This document shows, in pieces, positions 50,701 to 62,046 of a stretch of DNA of 64,000 bases; the stretch's first letter is position 1, and every line of letters starts with the position of its first letter. Made by a program: the position numbers and the translations under genes. Below the pieces are notes generated by a model. The model did not search any database, was not told the DNA's origin, and saw nothing but the letters and a program-made list of their open reading frames with translations. Where the stretch lies: contig DF237081.1 in NCBI GenBank assembly GCA_000708835.1, positions 62,001 through 126,000 on the forward strand, given 5' to 3'. The stretch comes from Klebsormidium nitens (Eukaryota; Plantae; Klebsormidiophyceae).

Positions 50701-53700
50701 TAGGTTCCGTCTATCAAATACAACTTTTGAAAGTCGTCAGATCGTCCATTTTTGGACGGCTTGCTGGAGAACAGCGTGGATGTCACGGCTGACATCGTAT
50801 TCTTGTGATAATAGAATCCTATCTGCAAATTTCCATTGTTTAAATAATGCTTTGAAGTTGTTCCAGCTCCGGGCAGCCCTGTTCCTGCTGGCTAGCCATC
50901 TGCTGGGAAGAGGAGACTCTGTGTGCTCCTCCATACTTCAGACTTTCCTTCAAAGGTGAAGTGTTCCCAATTGGTCCAGGTGAGCAAAGCGGCGAGAATG
51001 GAGACCAACCCTCCACCCCCACCCCCGACGAACTCCAGGCAATCGCAGTGAAGGCGCCACCCCCGGGAGAGAAGCCAGAGCCCATCGAGAAGACGGTCGC
51101 GAAGGTTATGGGAAACGATGACAAGAAGAAAGCATCAGGTGAGCGTGGCGTCTGAATATTGGCAACCTTATGCTGTGTGCACTGATTTTGTTGCAAATCT
51201 AAATTGTGTGCAGTCAGTAGTGGGTGTAGGAAACATGAAGTGATACTGTCCATAGACTCGACATAGGAGTGCTTGGCTAGTAAGGTTGTAGAGAGCGTTA
51301 CGACGTTGTTTTGACAGTCTCAATAGCTTTGGCGATGTGAGCAAGCTATAATTCCCACACAGTCTGTGGTTCGTCTTGAAAGGGGCACAGAGTCATTGTC
51401 GCTGTCTATCGTCTTCAGCAATGATTTGACTTTTTGATAGATTACTCCACTTCGGAAAATGGTTGGCGCACTGCTTTGGCCTGCATGTCCCAACGAAATC
51501 GCGTCACTCTTTTCGGTCTGCACGCTTCATGTAAAATGCTTGTAGGAACGACTCGCGGACCTACTCAATCCATAAAAAGTGTTACCCTGTCTGCTGAGGT
51601 TATTAATTGCATGCACAGACTTAAACCCAATTCATTCCAACCAGCTGAGAATCGCGCCCCTCACTATTTTGGTTTTTCCATCTGCAGAGGAGAAGGACGA
51701 GACTGCCCCCGCACCCAAGCCCGCTGCGAAACCCGCTGCAAAGCCAGCTGCTAAGGCGGCTGCCCCGGCCGCAAAGGAGGCTGACAACGGGGCGCCGACC
51801 GCAGGTGAGCGTCTTTGTCGGGAGCTTAAAGGATGGATTTGCTCTGCACGAGAAGCTAGAGAATGAACGAGTGCTTGGCAGGGAAAGCTAGAGAAGGAAG
51901 AGTGCGTAAGTGCTTACTTCGCCAGTGCGGCCTACGTTGGTTCGAAAGACGCTCCGCCAGATTTGTGAGTGGAACAACAGACGGAGGCTCATCCTGAGGC
52001 CGCAACGCCAACCACAGTATGAGCCCAAGCCCGACAAGGAATGAATGGTATTGCAAAGACTGGGGATGTCTCCACTGAAAACAGGGGCGCAAGGAACGCT
52101 ACTCGGTCAGAAAGTATGGTCATCAACACATGACTTTGGGTTGTAACTAGCATGCGCTGGTTGTAACTAGCGTGCACTCTTCCTGTCACCTCAATCTCCC
52201 CCGCAGGCCATCTCCAGTCCGGCTCAAAACCATGTTCGTTCCAATAACCCTGTGTAAGGAATTATCGCGGGACAACAACCTGTCTAGAAGACAACATTGT
52301 TTTGATTCGCACCTGTAAGATCTTGAGCAGTCAACCTGTCTTTCCCGGGTGCCTGACCAACGTCAAAAAACGAGGATTCTTTTGGGGGGACCATGTGAGC
52401 AGGGAATGCAAGTTGCCTCTTGGTTGGCGATCGTCGGGCTTCATTCTTGGCGTTGAGGTCCGCTTTGTTCTTCCCTGTGAGCTTCGTTCTCAATAAGGCG
52501 CCTCTTTCTCTCTAGCTGTTGCACCAACTTAGAAGACCAAGCCCGCTGCGGGAGGCAAAGCAGCCAACGCTTCATGTTTCTGCTTCTCCTTTTTCCAGAT
52601 ATTGCACCGACTCCGAACGCCAAGCCCGTTGAAGGCTGGGAAGAAACCCGTTTAGCCGTTTCTTAAGAAGCACACTTGCATCCCCTGCGTTTGCAGTCGA
52701 CCTACAATGCATCCTCATTTCTCACTGCAGCGTCTCCTCTTTGCCAGGTGCCCCACCAACGCCGGGAGTCAAGCCCGCCGCAAAGGGCAAGGCGGCCGGG
52801 AACAAAGCTCGTTTAGCCACCCAAGAAGCATCTTTGCATTCTCTGCGTTTGCAGTCGACCTAGGTGCCTCCTTGTTACTCATGTCACCGTCTCCTTTTTC
52901 TGCTAGGTGCCACTCCGACGCCAAAGGCCAAGCCCGCCGCAAAGGGCAAGGCGGCCGGGAAGACCGGGAAGAAAACTCATAAAGCCGTCACCCAAGAAAC
53001 GTCCTCTGCGTTTGCAGTCCACCTACGGTGTAGTGTTTCTCATTGCAGCGTCTCTCTTTTACCAGGTGCCGCTCCGACGCCAAAGGCCAAGCCCGCCGCA
53101 AAGGGCAAGGTGGCCGGGAAGAAGGCGGGCAAGGCACCCGCCAAGGCGCTCAACGAGTTGATGAACGAGGACGTGGTCCCTATGCTGTCGGCGGAACTAG
53201 AGAAGGAGAACGTGACGGACGTCGAGCTCGTGTGGGAGAACAACGAGGTGAGGGGGTCTCCTTGGCTGAAGTGCCGTTGTGTTATCTATAATATTGCATT
53301 AAGATTTCAGGGACGGCTGAAATTGCAAGCATCGAGACGTGTCTCGGTGGCTCGCGCTTTGGCTCTGGTCCATTAGAAACAGCAATCCTCTGTCTGGCGA
53401 GAGCCATGTCATTTCCTGGTCATACCAAGCGCCTGCTGAGGTCTGAATTGTTTTGGAATAAGCCAAGGGGGTCCTGGCAGCTCGAAGGGATGCCAACGGC
53501 GTGATTTGATGAACTGGGCTCACAACAAATCAAGGTGGAGTGCAGCCTACGTTCTTTCTTTAAAGGCCCTAGCGGTAGGCGTTTGCTATGCTTGAGCGTT
53601 TGGCCAGCACAGCCCAAAACGTCAAAAAGATTTCTCTGGAAGCGTTCACTACATGGCGCCTTCTGTGAAGTCCAGATCAGAACTACATTCGACTTGCTTG

Positions 53701-54412
53701 GGTCTGCGAAAATGGTCGAACGGAAACCGGTATACTGGTGAAACTGCAAGAGTGACAGTACGCTTCTCCTGACGCAGCTCCGAGGCTGTTTCGTGAACGG
53801 AGGTGTGCCGTACTGCTTCTGGGCCTTCTTTCCGGATGGCAAGATAGAAGGTAAGCCGACAACACCGTCACGACCTAGCCTCAGCGGCGGCTTATTAAAA
53901 GAAAACCCTGGCCGTCACTCGACTTGATAGGTTGAGGATGAAGAAAAGAATGGTCATCCCAACGCTCGTCTCCCGAAAAGGTGCCCAATGGGCTGCTGGC
54001 TGGTCTCTTATCCTTAGTGTTGGTCCCAGAGCAGCCGTTTCTGAGAAGCACACTTTTGCGTGTGTGGTGTTTCCTACGTGTTTCGACTTGCTCCAAGTGC
54101 TCTGCTCCTTCCTCTACATAAGGCACAAGATTTTGATATCTTCTTGAAGAGGGTCTTATGCGTGGTGAGACAAAGCAGAGATCCGGCAACGGCTACTCTT
54201 TCTTCATGTTTTTCTATTGAATCTGCTCAACGTGCTTTGTATGCGATGCAGGCTCTCGAGGATTTTCGTTAACCAGCCACGGTTATCCGCCTAGCACTAT
54301 TGAACCGTTCTTCGATGGCGAGAAGCCTCAGGCTATGTCAGCAGACATGATGGTCTTCTGGATCAAGAAGCGTCTCTTCGCACAAAAAAGCGCGCTCCCA
54401 AAGCTCAACTAG
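47747..54412 (+). CDS. NdhV: Chloroplast protein: transit peptide + CBM48 + Pro/Ala/Lys linker + NdhV (DUF2996)
   Basis: Exons begin at 47747, 49157, ~50000, ~50981, ~51689, 53066, ~53779 and ~54253, all phase-compatible. CBM48: VVLEWRGNADKVLLTGSFLEW..LPPGAHQYKFLVDGEW..GGVNN. DUF2996: FWAFFPDGKIEGSRGFSL..STIEPFF..FWIKKRLFAQ. Confidence 0.82.
48749..48850. mobile_element. Diverged second copy of the ~100-bp MITE family, in intron 1 of CBM48-NdhV
   Basis: gggctccaccgcg..accaaaatttgcaggcgtctaata..cggtgtagccc aligns with the reverse complement of 398-500. Confidence 0.6.
52520..53130 (+). repeat. Acceptor and exon-5' echoes upstream of the NdhV-domain exon
   Basis: AG|GTGCC..CCGACGCCAAAGGCCAAGCCCGCCGCAAAGGGCAAGG units starting at 52748, 52907 and 53066 (real), exact 159-bp spacing; decayed copy at ~52599. 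Confidence 0.9.
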
Positions 54413-55246
54413 TCTGCGCATAGCGGGTCCATGTTTTTGTAGCTTTGAACAACGTCACCTGGCACCACTTAGCTGCTGGAATGTCCCTCGTGTTGCCTGA
54501 GTTCCAAGCACAAACAGGTGAATTGCAGAGGTATCCTCAATTCTGTTTTCGTGAGAGGTTGAATGTAGGCCTGCCCTCATTCATCAATTCGTAAAGGTCT
54601 GACAGATCCATCCAGTCTTCACATGCAAGACATGAGTCTGTTTCTACAGAAAACAAGTTTTTCCAAGCGCAGCATTTGCTGCTTCGAGCTCGACATATGG
54701 TTGGTCGATCAAGATAACGTGTTTGATCTCTGCATGCAGTGCTCGCTCTCTCTATCTGTCAAAGTCATGACGTACAAATGCAAATGCTTTCAAGTCATGT
54801 GCCTCATTGTGCGTGAGCCATGCATGTATGTATGATGATGTATCTAGCCGACACCCATGACTCAGTAGGTGTCCAGTTGCCAGCGCGGAGTCGCTATAGG
54901 ATTCACAATATATATGGCGCAATTCCGAGCGGCCTAGCTGCCCATGCAGAATTCTCTGCGGTTGAGTGCAGCCATGCATAAAATCTGCAATCTGCAAAAT
55001 TTGACACATTCTGAGCATAATACTGGTAAGACAATTGTCTGTTGATGGTAACTTCCGGTTTATTGACGGCCTGAGTCACATAGAGCCATTGGGCAAAGTC
55101 TGCCGGTGAGACCGGGACGGTACAATGTTGATCATGCACCCATTGAATGAAGTCTCACAAGCCCGCTTATCCTCCTCTAGCCTCTCCTAGTCTGAAATAA
55201 CTTAGGTATCGGAAATTTGTCCAGGTCCAATCGCAGACCCTGTTCT

Positions 55247-58200
55247 TCAGTGTGGCGAGCGCATCAAATTTAAGATAGGTTGGTCATCAGATGTTGAAGG
55301 CCCGTTCTGTTCCAGAGGTGGGCGTTCGTGGAGCAAAGTTGGAGCGCCCCCGTTCGTGTCTCTTTGATGGTCGAACGGAGGCGACACAGACATGACACCG
55401 CCAGCTGCGCCAGACCCGCCGATGATCGGCGCTACTTGATCTGGTGTCACGGGCGCCATGCTTTCCCGTTGTCGAAATCTGTACGAAAAAGAGTGCAAAT
55501 GACCGTCAGCTGTAAAAGACGCGGGTCGCCTGGCTCGTGCCTCACCATCTTACAGTCTGTAGTGGTCGAGACTTCAAGTGAGGGCTCAAAGTCTGCGCTT
55601 CAATACGTTCATCTTGCAGACTCTTTCAAAGCACTCAGGAATGGTTCAATCCGTTCATCTTGCAGACTCTTTCAAAGCACTCAGGAATGGTCAGGCAGGA
55701 AAGGATAGATACGCACCTCTTTTGTTTGCGCTTCACGGCCTCGTCTTCGAACGTCACGCGACCAGAAACCTTGCGGAGCTTCATTGATTGTGAATCAAGG
55801 CCGAAGAAAATAAACGTCCAACCAAGCGCCCACAAGAAGTTTCCCATGAGCCGGAATCCACGGGCCGGATTGTCTCAAGGACGTCTTTACCCGTCAGTGG
55901 AATCTGACTTGCCTCACCTTTGCAAGACGGGCCGTGCCACTGGAGCCTCCCTTTCCAAGCTCGCCGCCGCAGCCCGCTTCCATGCCCGCAGATTCGCCCG
56001 CAACTCTTCCTCTCGTATCCTTTTCGCGGATTTCGCGTCTAACATTGCTCCAAGCCGTTTTTCAACCCCTCCTCCGTCTACCAAATCCAATTCAATTTTA
56101 CCGCTGCCGGGGGTCCCGGCGAGCCCGCCATCCGCCCCCCCGTTCGCCACCCCGCCGTGACCGGGGGGCACAACAAGCCCGTCATTTACCCCCCCGTTTG
56201 CCAGCTCGGCTCCTGCGGGCGAACCCGCTCTAATTTCTAACCCCAATCCGGACAACCGCTCCCCGTCGGCGGCAGTAAATGCGGCGACCGCGAAACCGCC
56301 GACGCCCGCTAGCCCGAGCGCCGCGAGGGGCCGGTAGCTGACGTCAGCTGCCAGCTGGATGAGCAGATCCTTGCCCCAGTCGGGGAGGGTAATAAAGACT
56401 TCGCACGTGGGACCTCCGGAAGCGATGGTTGTCGTGCGACGAGCGGGGAGGAGGCTGGGGGCTTTAGGGAGGGTCTGGAGGGCGGACTGGTCGAAGAGAT
56501 GTCGCTTGAGGTGATACTCTAAGACCTGCACGGGGAGGTGAAGACAAGGTTCTCTGTGTCGAATCCAGCTTCCAAAGCTTTGTTGCGAGAACTCCCGGAG
56601 TCACGGTTACTTGATACGCAACTCGTCTGCTTCAATGCCATCCGCTTTTGGAGGTGTTGTGCTGTGAGAATAGCTTATAAAAATGAGGCTCTTTGGAGCG
56701 TCCGAGGGAGAGACAAGTCAAAGAGGTCATCCTCTTGGTATTTGCGAAGTGGGTTGGGGCGAATGTTTTAAAAAAATGTAGGCAGCAAAATGCTGCAATC
56801 GCTCGGTTTACGATGAGGCGATATCATTTCAAATTTCAATCCATTCGAAAACAGCTGAATCATACAAATAGTATAGAAAGCCACTTCAGACGAATGAAAA
56901 TAGTTTACCGTATAAGACCTGCAAACATACGCTTTATACGTACTATAGCCATCCACCGCAAATAATTGTATAATCGATCGTGCGAGCATCAAATACGTAC
57001 GTCAGATTGCGTGTGCTCCTGATAAGCTATGATAAATCTAAAGCTTATCCCCGTTACGACTTTCTGGCGGGCGCGATTCAGAGAACGGCCGGCCGCGCGG
57101 CTCTGTCGGTAGTCGGGCGATGCAGACCCGACAGGCACGTGCAGAGTTCAGGGTTTAACCCCTAGAAAAAAGTTTTGCGAAGCATCGAACCTCAAAACCC
57201 GTCGAAAATGGGGGTCTGCAAAATCAGACCGTGAATCACTGAATTCTACGTTCGACGGGCCGAACCGGGCTTAATAGAGTGATCCAGTCTGCATCGCCAC
57301 TTCCCCCTTTTCTGAAACCCCGCGATTGCGACAGCTCGGTACTGACTTTGTCAGTAAACCGAGCTAAAAACTTTGGCTACTTCTAAATAGGAAACGGAGG
57401 ATGCTTCGTATACTGGATGTCTGAAGCTGCAAAGCTTGGAGGGGTACTTTACCCGCCCCGACTTTGTGACTAGAACTAGACATATCCACGCCGGTATCGG
57501 CACACGTCGGAAAACACGAAGATCGCGGCAGGGAGGGGAGGTATGATCGTTGCGAAGCAAAGCTTCTGAATCAAGGGTCATGTTCCTAAACTCAGGAGAC
57601 CGAAGATGGGTTGCCAAGTCTGCGCATGGCAACCTCCGGAACGGCTGTAGCAGCGTAAATCTAGGCACAAGAGAGCCGTTGGAAGCCTCATCATCCGCTG
57701 CGGTTGGAAGCCCATCTCTTCTCTCTACGCCTAAATAGTCCCAAAGTCAGAAACTGACCGACTTTCTGCTTCTTTATATCCATACCCGCCCTTCGCGAGG
57801 CCCCTCCCGCTCACCTCTCGATCCTCAAACGCTTCCGCCCGTCCGACCGCCGTCACGGCCAGCCTCGCGCCGCTTCCCGTGCAAAGCTCACACCGCGCGA
57901 ACGTCGCCCCGTTTCTTGCCCCGATCGCCGCGACCTCCTGATTTGGCGCCCCCCCAACCGCGTGCTGGGTTAGCCTCAAACCCCGCACCTCAGCCGCGAG
58001 CAAAACCCTTAAACCCTCGCCGAGGGCCTGCGTTTTCGGCGGCTCCAAAACCGCCGGCGCGCCAAAGAGCAACAGCCGCAGCTCTTGGTGCAGCTTGAAG
58101 AGGACGGACGCGCTGAGGGTTCCGTTGGGCGGAATCCGTTGCTGGAGCTCGAGCGAGCAGGAAACGGAACGAGGGGGCGGAATGCCGGAGATGGAGGGGC

Positions 58201-60921
58201 GCGGAAGGGGGGTGGAGCAGTGGATCCGGTGGGCGGATTCCGCCAGGCGGAAGGCGTCGTGAGGGGAGACGGAAGGGTTCCGGAGGCAGGAGAAAAGGGC
58301 GGTGAAGAACTGGGCCGCAGCCGGGGGGGCGGAATGGGTTGGCCAGTAGATAACGTGCTGGACCCCCTGCAAGAAAGAAACAGCGGAGCGGACATGACTC
58401 AGTTTGAAGGCTGATGTTCTCGGGAGACAGGGCAACCGCCGGTGTCTTCAGCGATCATAGCAAGGGAGAAAAGCGGCGCAAAAAAAGACATCCGGTGACA
58501 ATACCGGATGACGGCACGAACCAGAGAGTCGTTGAAGTGTCCCCGCAAACGCTTTGATCGCGTATCTCGCCCGAACAAGATCAAATTCCGAATCGCTTAG
58601 CTCCTCACCGGCCTTTCTCAAAGAACCTTCTGGCGATCAGCCCGGTTGTTAAAGATCCGTCGTGAACCAAGTGTTCAATGCCGGCATAGCCTGTAATAAA
58701 AGGTTTCCAACTGGTAGCCTTGAGGCAGAGTCTCGAGAAGCATGGCTCCCATATCGGTCCATTGAAATATGATGGAATGAGAACTCTCAGATCGGACGTA
58801 CATTGAGGTTTGGTGCCGAAACAAGCTTGTTACGAGCCGTTTTCTAGCCGAAAGAACAAGCGACGGGTCTACGACGCAGGCCTGGCCCCGGTTAGAGGGA
58901 CTCACTTTGCTCCGCATCAGTTCTGCGTGCTTGGGTGTGAGGACGACGTTCGCCAAAACCTGCAGACACAAAATCTATTTTCATTAACTGGCTTCTGCTT
59001 AGTCCTCCAGCCTTCTTTTTCGATCCGAAGGTGCTCGAATAGACTTTTATTCCCGCCGATGAGCCCTGTACTTCGTGATCCAACGTGAAGCTTTCTCATT
59101 CGGTCAGAAGTCGCCGATGAGCTTTCACCCCTTGCCACCACCGAAGGCGAACTCGTTCATAGGCGTCCAAAATTGTATTATTGGAAACTCTACCCGGAGC
59201 TCAAAAAGCTTTTCCGCTCGGAATTGAAGTATTCCGACCCACCAGGTATGTATCTCTTAGAGCTCAAGCACCTCAAGTTGGCGAATGTTCAACATCCTTA
59301 GGGAAGAAGTTCCACAGTCCATCAAACAGAAAGCTCATCAGCACTTCGAGACTCTCAAGAAAGATCACAGCATCCAACGGTGGCCATCTATCTGGTAACT
59401 GACGAGTCAACCAACGGTTGACTTACCAAATCCGGGAAGTGGACCGAAAATATCTCAGCCAGATTCTCAGAGGAAGGAGGCTGTGCGTCTCCCAACATCA
59501 GCAGACCCGTGACACTCGCTTCGTTGGAAAGTGTGACGATGGGTTCGGTACCCCAGGGGGAGTCCCGATGGCTGAAGAAAACTAGGTTGGGCTGCATGGC
59601 TTGAACGATGTTTTGGAGCATCTGCAATGTTGGTCGCTCGATGAACTGGACCTGTGAGAAGAGTCAAGCGTTTGGTCTCCTTTATAGAGACGTTCGAATC
59701 CGGACCAGATCTTATTCCGGATTGTTATCTTAGCAGGACAAGGTCAAATGGGAGGGGAAAACAGGGTTAAGGAAGTGGTTTGCGAAGTTACGCAGACTCT
59801 GCCAGACCCTTCTTACGAGACTTTTTCATGCAAGACCACATTGCTCAGGTCTTTCTGCTCATTATAAATTAAGCGAAGCTCTGTCATCCGTCAACCAACA
59901 CGGTGCAAAGCCAAACCACATAAGCAGGGGGTGATCGGGGAAAGTGGCAACAAATATGTTGTTCACAATGGATAAGCAGCATTCAACAGGGTGTTGCTTT
60001 TCAAAAAACGTGCTGCCTCTCTTTTTAAAATATTTCCCAACACGAATCTGACCCTCATCATTGGACGGAGGACGCCTCGCCACTAACTAATTAGGCGGGG
60101 TTCAGCTTCCACTGACTATTCCCACTAGCCTCTGGCTTACTTAACTCACCTCTGCTTCCCCTCCCTGCAGCTCCTGGAGCCCTGGAAAGGAGCGGATGAA
60201 GTCGGCTGGGCTGAAGGACGATCCGGCTGGATTGCTGGAGGCCGGAGAGGGACCAACTGCAGGCAAAGATGACATTAGTCTGGGGTTAAGTTTTGACCTA
60301 TGTGCTCATCAGTGAAATCAAGACTCTGTGATGCTTTTGGAGGCCATGTGAAGCCCCATGTGATCTGTCCCTTCCCTTCAGTTTGTACAAGCTGGTCGAA
60401 AGGCTTCACAGTATATTGACCGTAAAGCAATCCAGGAGGTATCAAAAGAAAGGTGAAAAGATGTTCTTAGCTTTAGAGCAGGACAACTTTCTTCAGCAGG
60501 TGACAGGCTCAATTGTCATAGCAAACTCCTTTGAAAGGCAGACACATTTTCACACGTTTGAATGAATCCTGCTGTTCCTTGGTTCAAGTACTTTGCACGC
60601 AAAATGTTCTAAATTCAGCAACTTGTTGTAAGATCATTGTGCATTGATCAAAAAGAATCTTGCTTAGCCAGATTGACTACTTTCTGGAAAATCCATATGA
60701 TGGAAGATTGTGCCACCAATCAATTGACAGCAACAAAGTACAATTACTTTTACACCACCCCACTCAAGAGTCACATTACATTACAGCAAGCAGTGAGCAA
60801 ATAACCAGCATACAACCAGCGGCTTTCAACTGACCTTCAACTCACCTTCTAGTTGATCTGCTGGCGGCGGCCCACTCAAGACCGCCAGCACTTTCCATTT
60901 TGACCGCCTTCCATTGACCAT
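55247..60921 (-). CDS. ARID4-like protein (homolog of the plant ARID4 N-terminal region; no ARID or PHD domain found)
   Basis: KWKVLAVLSG, FPGL, VQFIERPT, QPNLVFF, FPDLV, RSK|GVQHVIYW, GLRVLLAAEVRG, RCEL, LEYHLKR, TIASGGPTCEV..PDW..LIQLAADVSYRPLAALGLAGVGG match recalled plant ARID4 motifs; 3' exon structure is uncertain. Confidence 0.72.
55600..55691. repeat. Near-perfect 46-bp tandem duplication
   Basis: tcaat(a/c)cgttcatcttgcagactctttcaaagcactcaggaatggt twice. Confidence 0.9.
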
Positions 60922-62046
60922 GCTGAAAAGGACAGAAGCAGCTGCCAATGTGGCTGCTGGAAAGGTGACTCCACTACCACTAGAGGAGTCGCATTTTCGG
61001 TTGAAATTGAGGCTTCGATGCGTTGTTCTGAGCGAAAATGGCAGAAGAAAGACGGCCCAGCACAGGCTAAGCTCTGACTCTGAGTCTAGCTGAACACAAA
61101 ACAGAGCTGGGCATGCGAGCTATTGTGGAGGTGTAACGAGACCGGGAGGACATTTGTTTGCTATCGACCAAAACTTTCTGCACTCCATGCTCCACGTTCG
61201 AACTTCGTGATCGGACTGAAGAAGTAACCGCAACTTGAGCCGTCGATGTTGACGAACTCATGTTGAAAGCTGTACCATGCGAGAAGAGTACTCTACTTGG
61301 TAGGCCCGTCAGCAAGGCCTGCACAAACAACTTGACGTGACGGAAGCTCAACAGAAGCCTGAGAAGGAGGAGGACAAGCCTGCAAGCATGGATGATGGAG
61401 TTGGGCGCCATTGCAATGCTCAAATGCGTTTTGTAGGTCCGACTCTGAGGGGCAATTGTTTTGCTGCTCCGCCTTCTTTTCTTTGTGAGGGGTAGCTATT
61501 CGGGAAGGTCATCCCGGTTAGGGGTGATGCCAAGACTTCAGAGTTGTTTCCTGGTATTGAGTTGTGAAAGTCAAAGGCTGTGCGCCCGTGGACTACCGCT
61601 GGAATGATCATACTGGGTCCAGCAGGAGAATTGAGTTGTTTTCAGCTCTTGTTTGGTTGGGGGAGCCTTGCAAAGCGCACGTGAGCAACCCGTTGGATGC
61701 TGTCTATTGTAGAGTTCCACAGCTTCACTCCTTAGAAACAGGGTCAATTTGCAGGTCCTTGAGTTTGCTGTTTGCCGGCTGCAGGTTGCCTTGTTACTAC
61801 TACTAGCAGCCCCATGGTGCAGTGCACTCACGGGAGACTTTGAATTGTCATTAGCAGGCCTGAAAAATAAAGCAGTATTAGGAACAGCAAGGAGGAAGGC
61901 ATCATAAGTCATTTCAGTAGGATTGCTTATGTGACAAGGAGCGAGCTCGTGTCTTGATGCCAGCAAGCTCACCCTAGGCAAACCATAGGGCACTGAAAAG
62001 TAAGAACTCTAAAAGGGGGTTGAAAGGCCACGGCCTGGAGCAGAAA

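Noticed and set aside
57145-57275. piggyBac-like TTAA..CCC ends
   Set aside because: The termini are not inverted repeats of each other.
61067-61423. ORF MSIAMAPNSIIHACRLV as the ARID4-like start
   Set aside because: The exon at 60846-60921 gives a better homologous, in-phase start; this ORF is probably 5' UTR.
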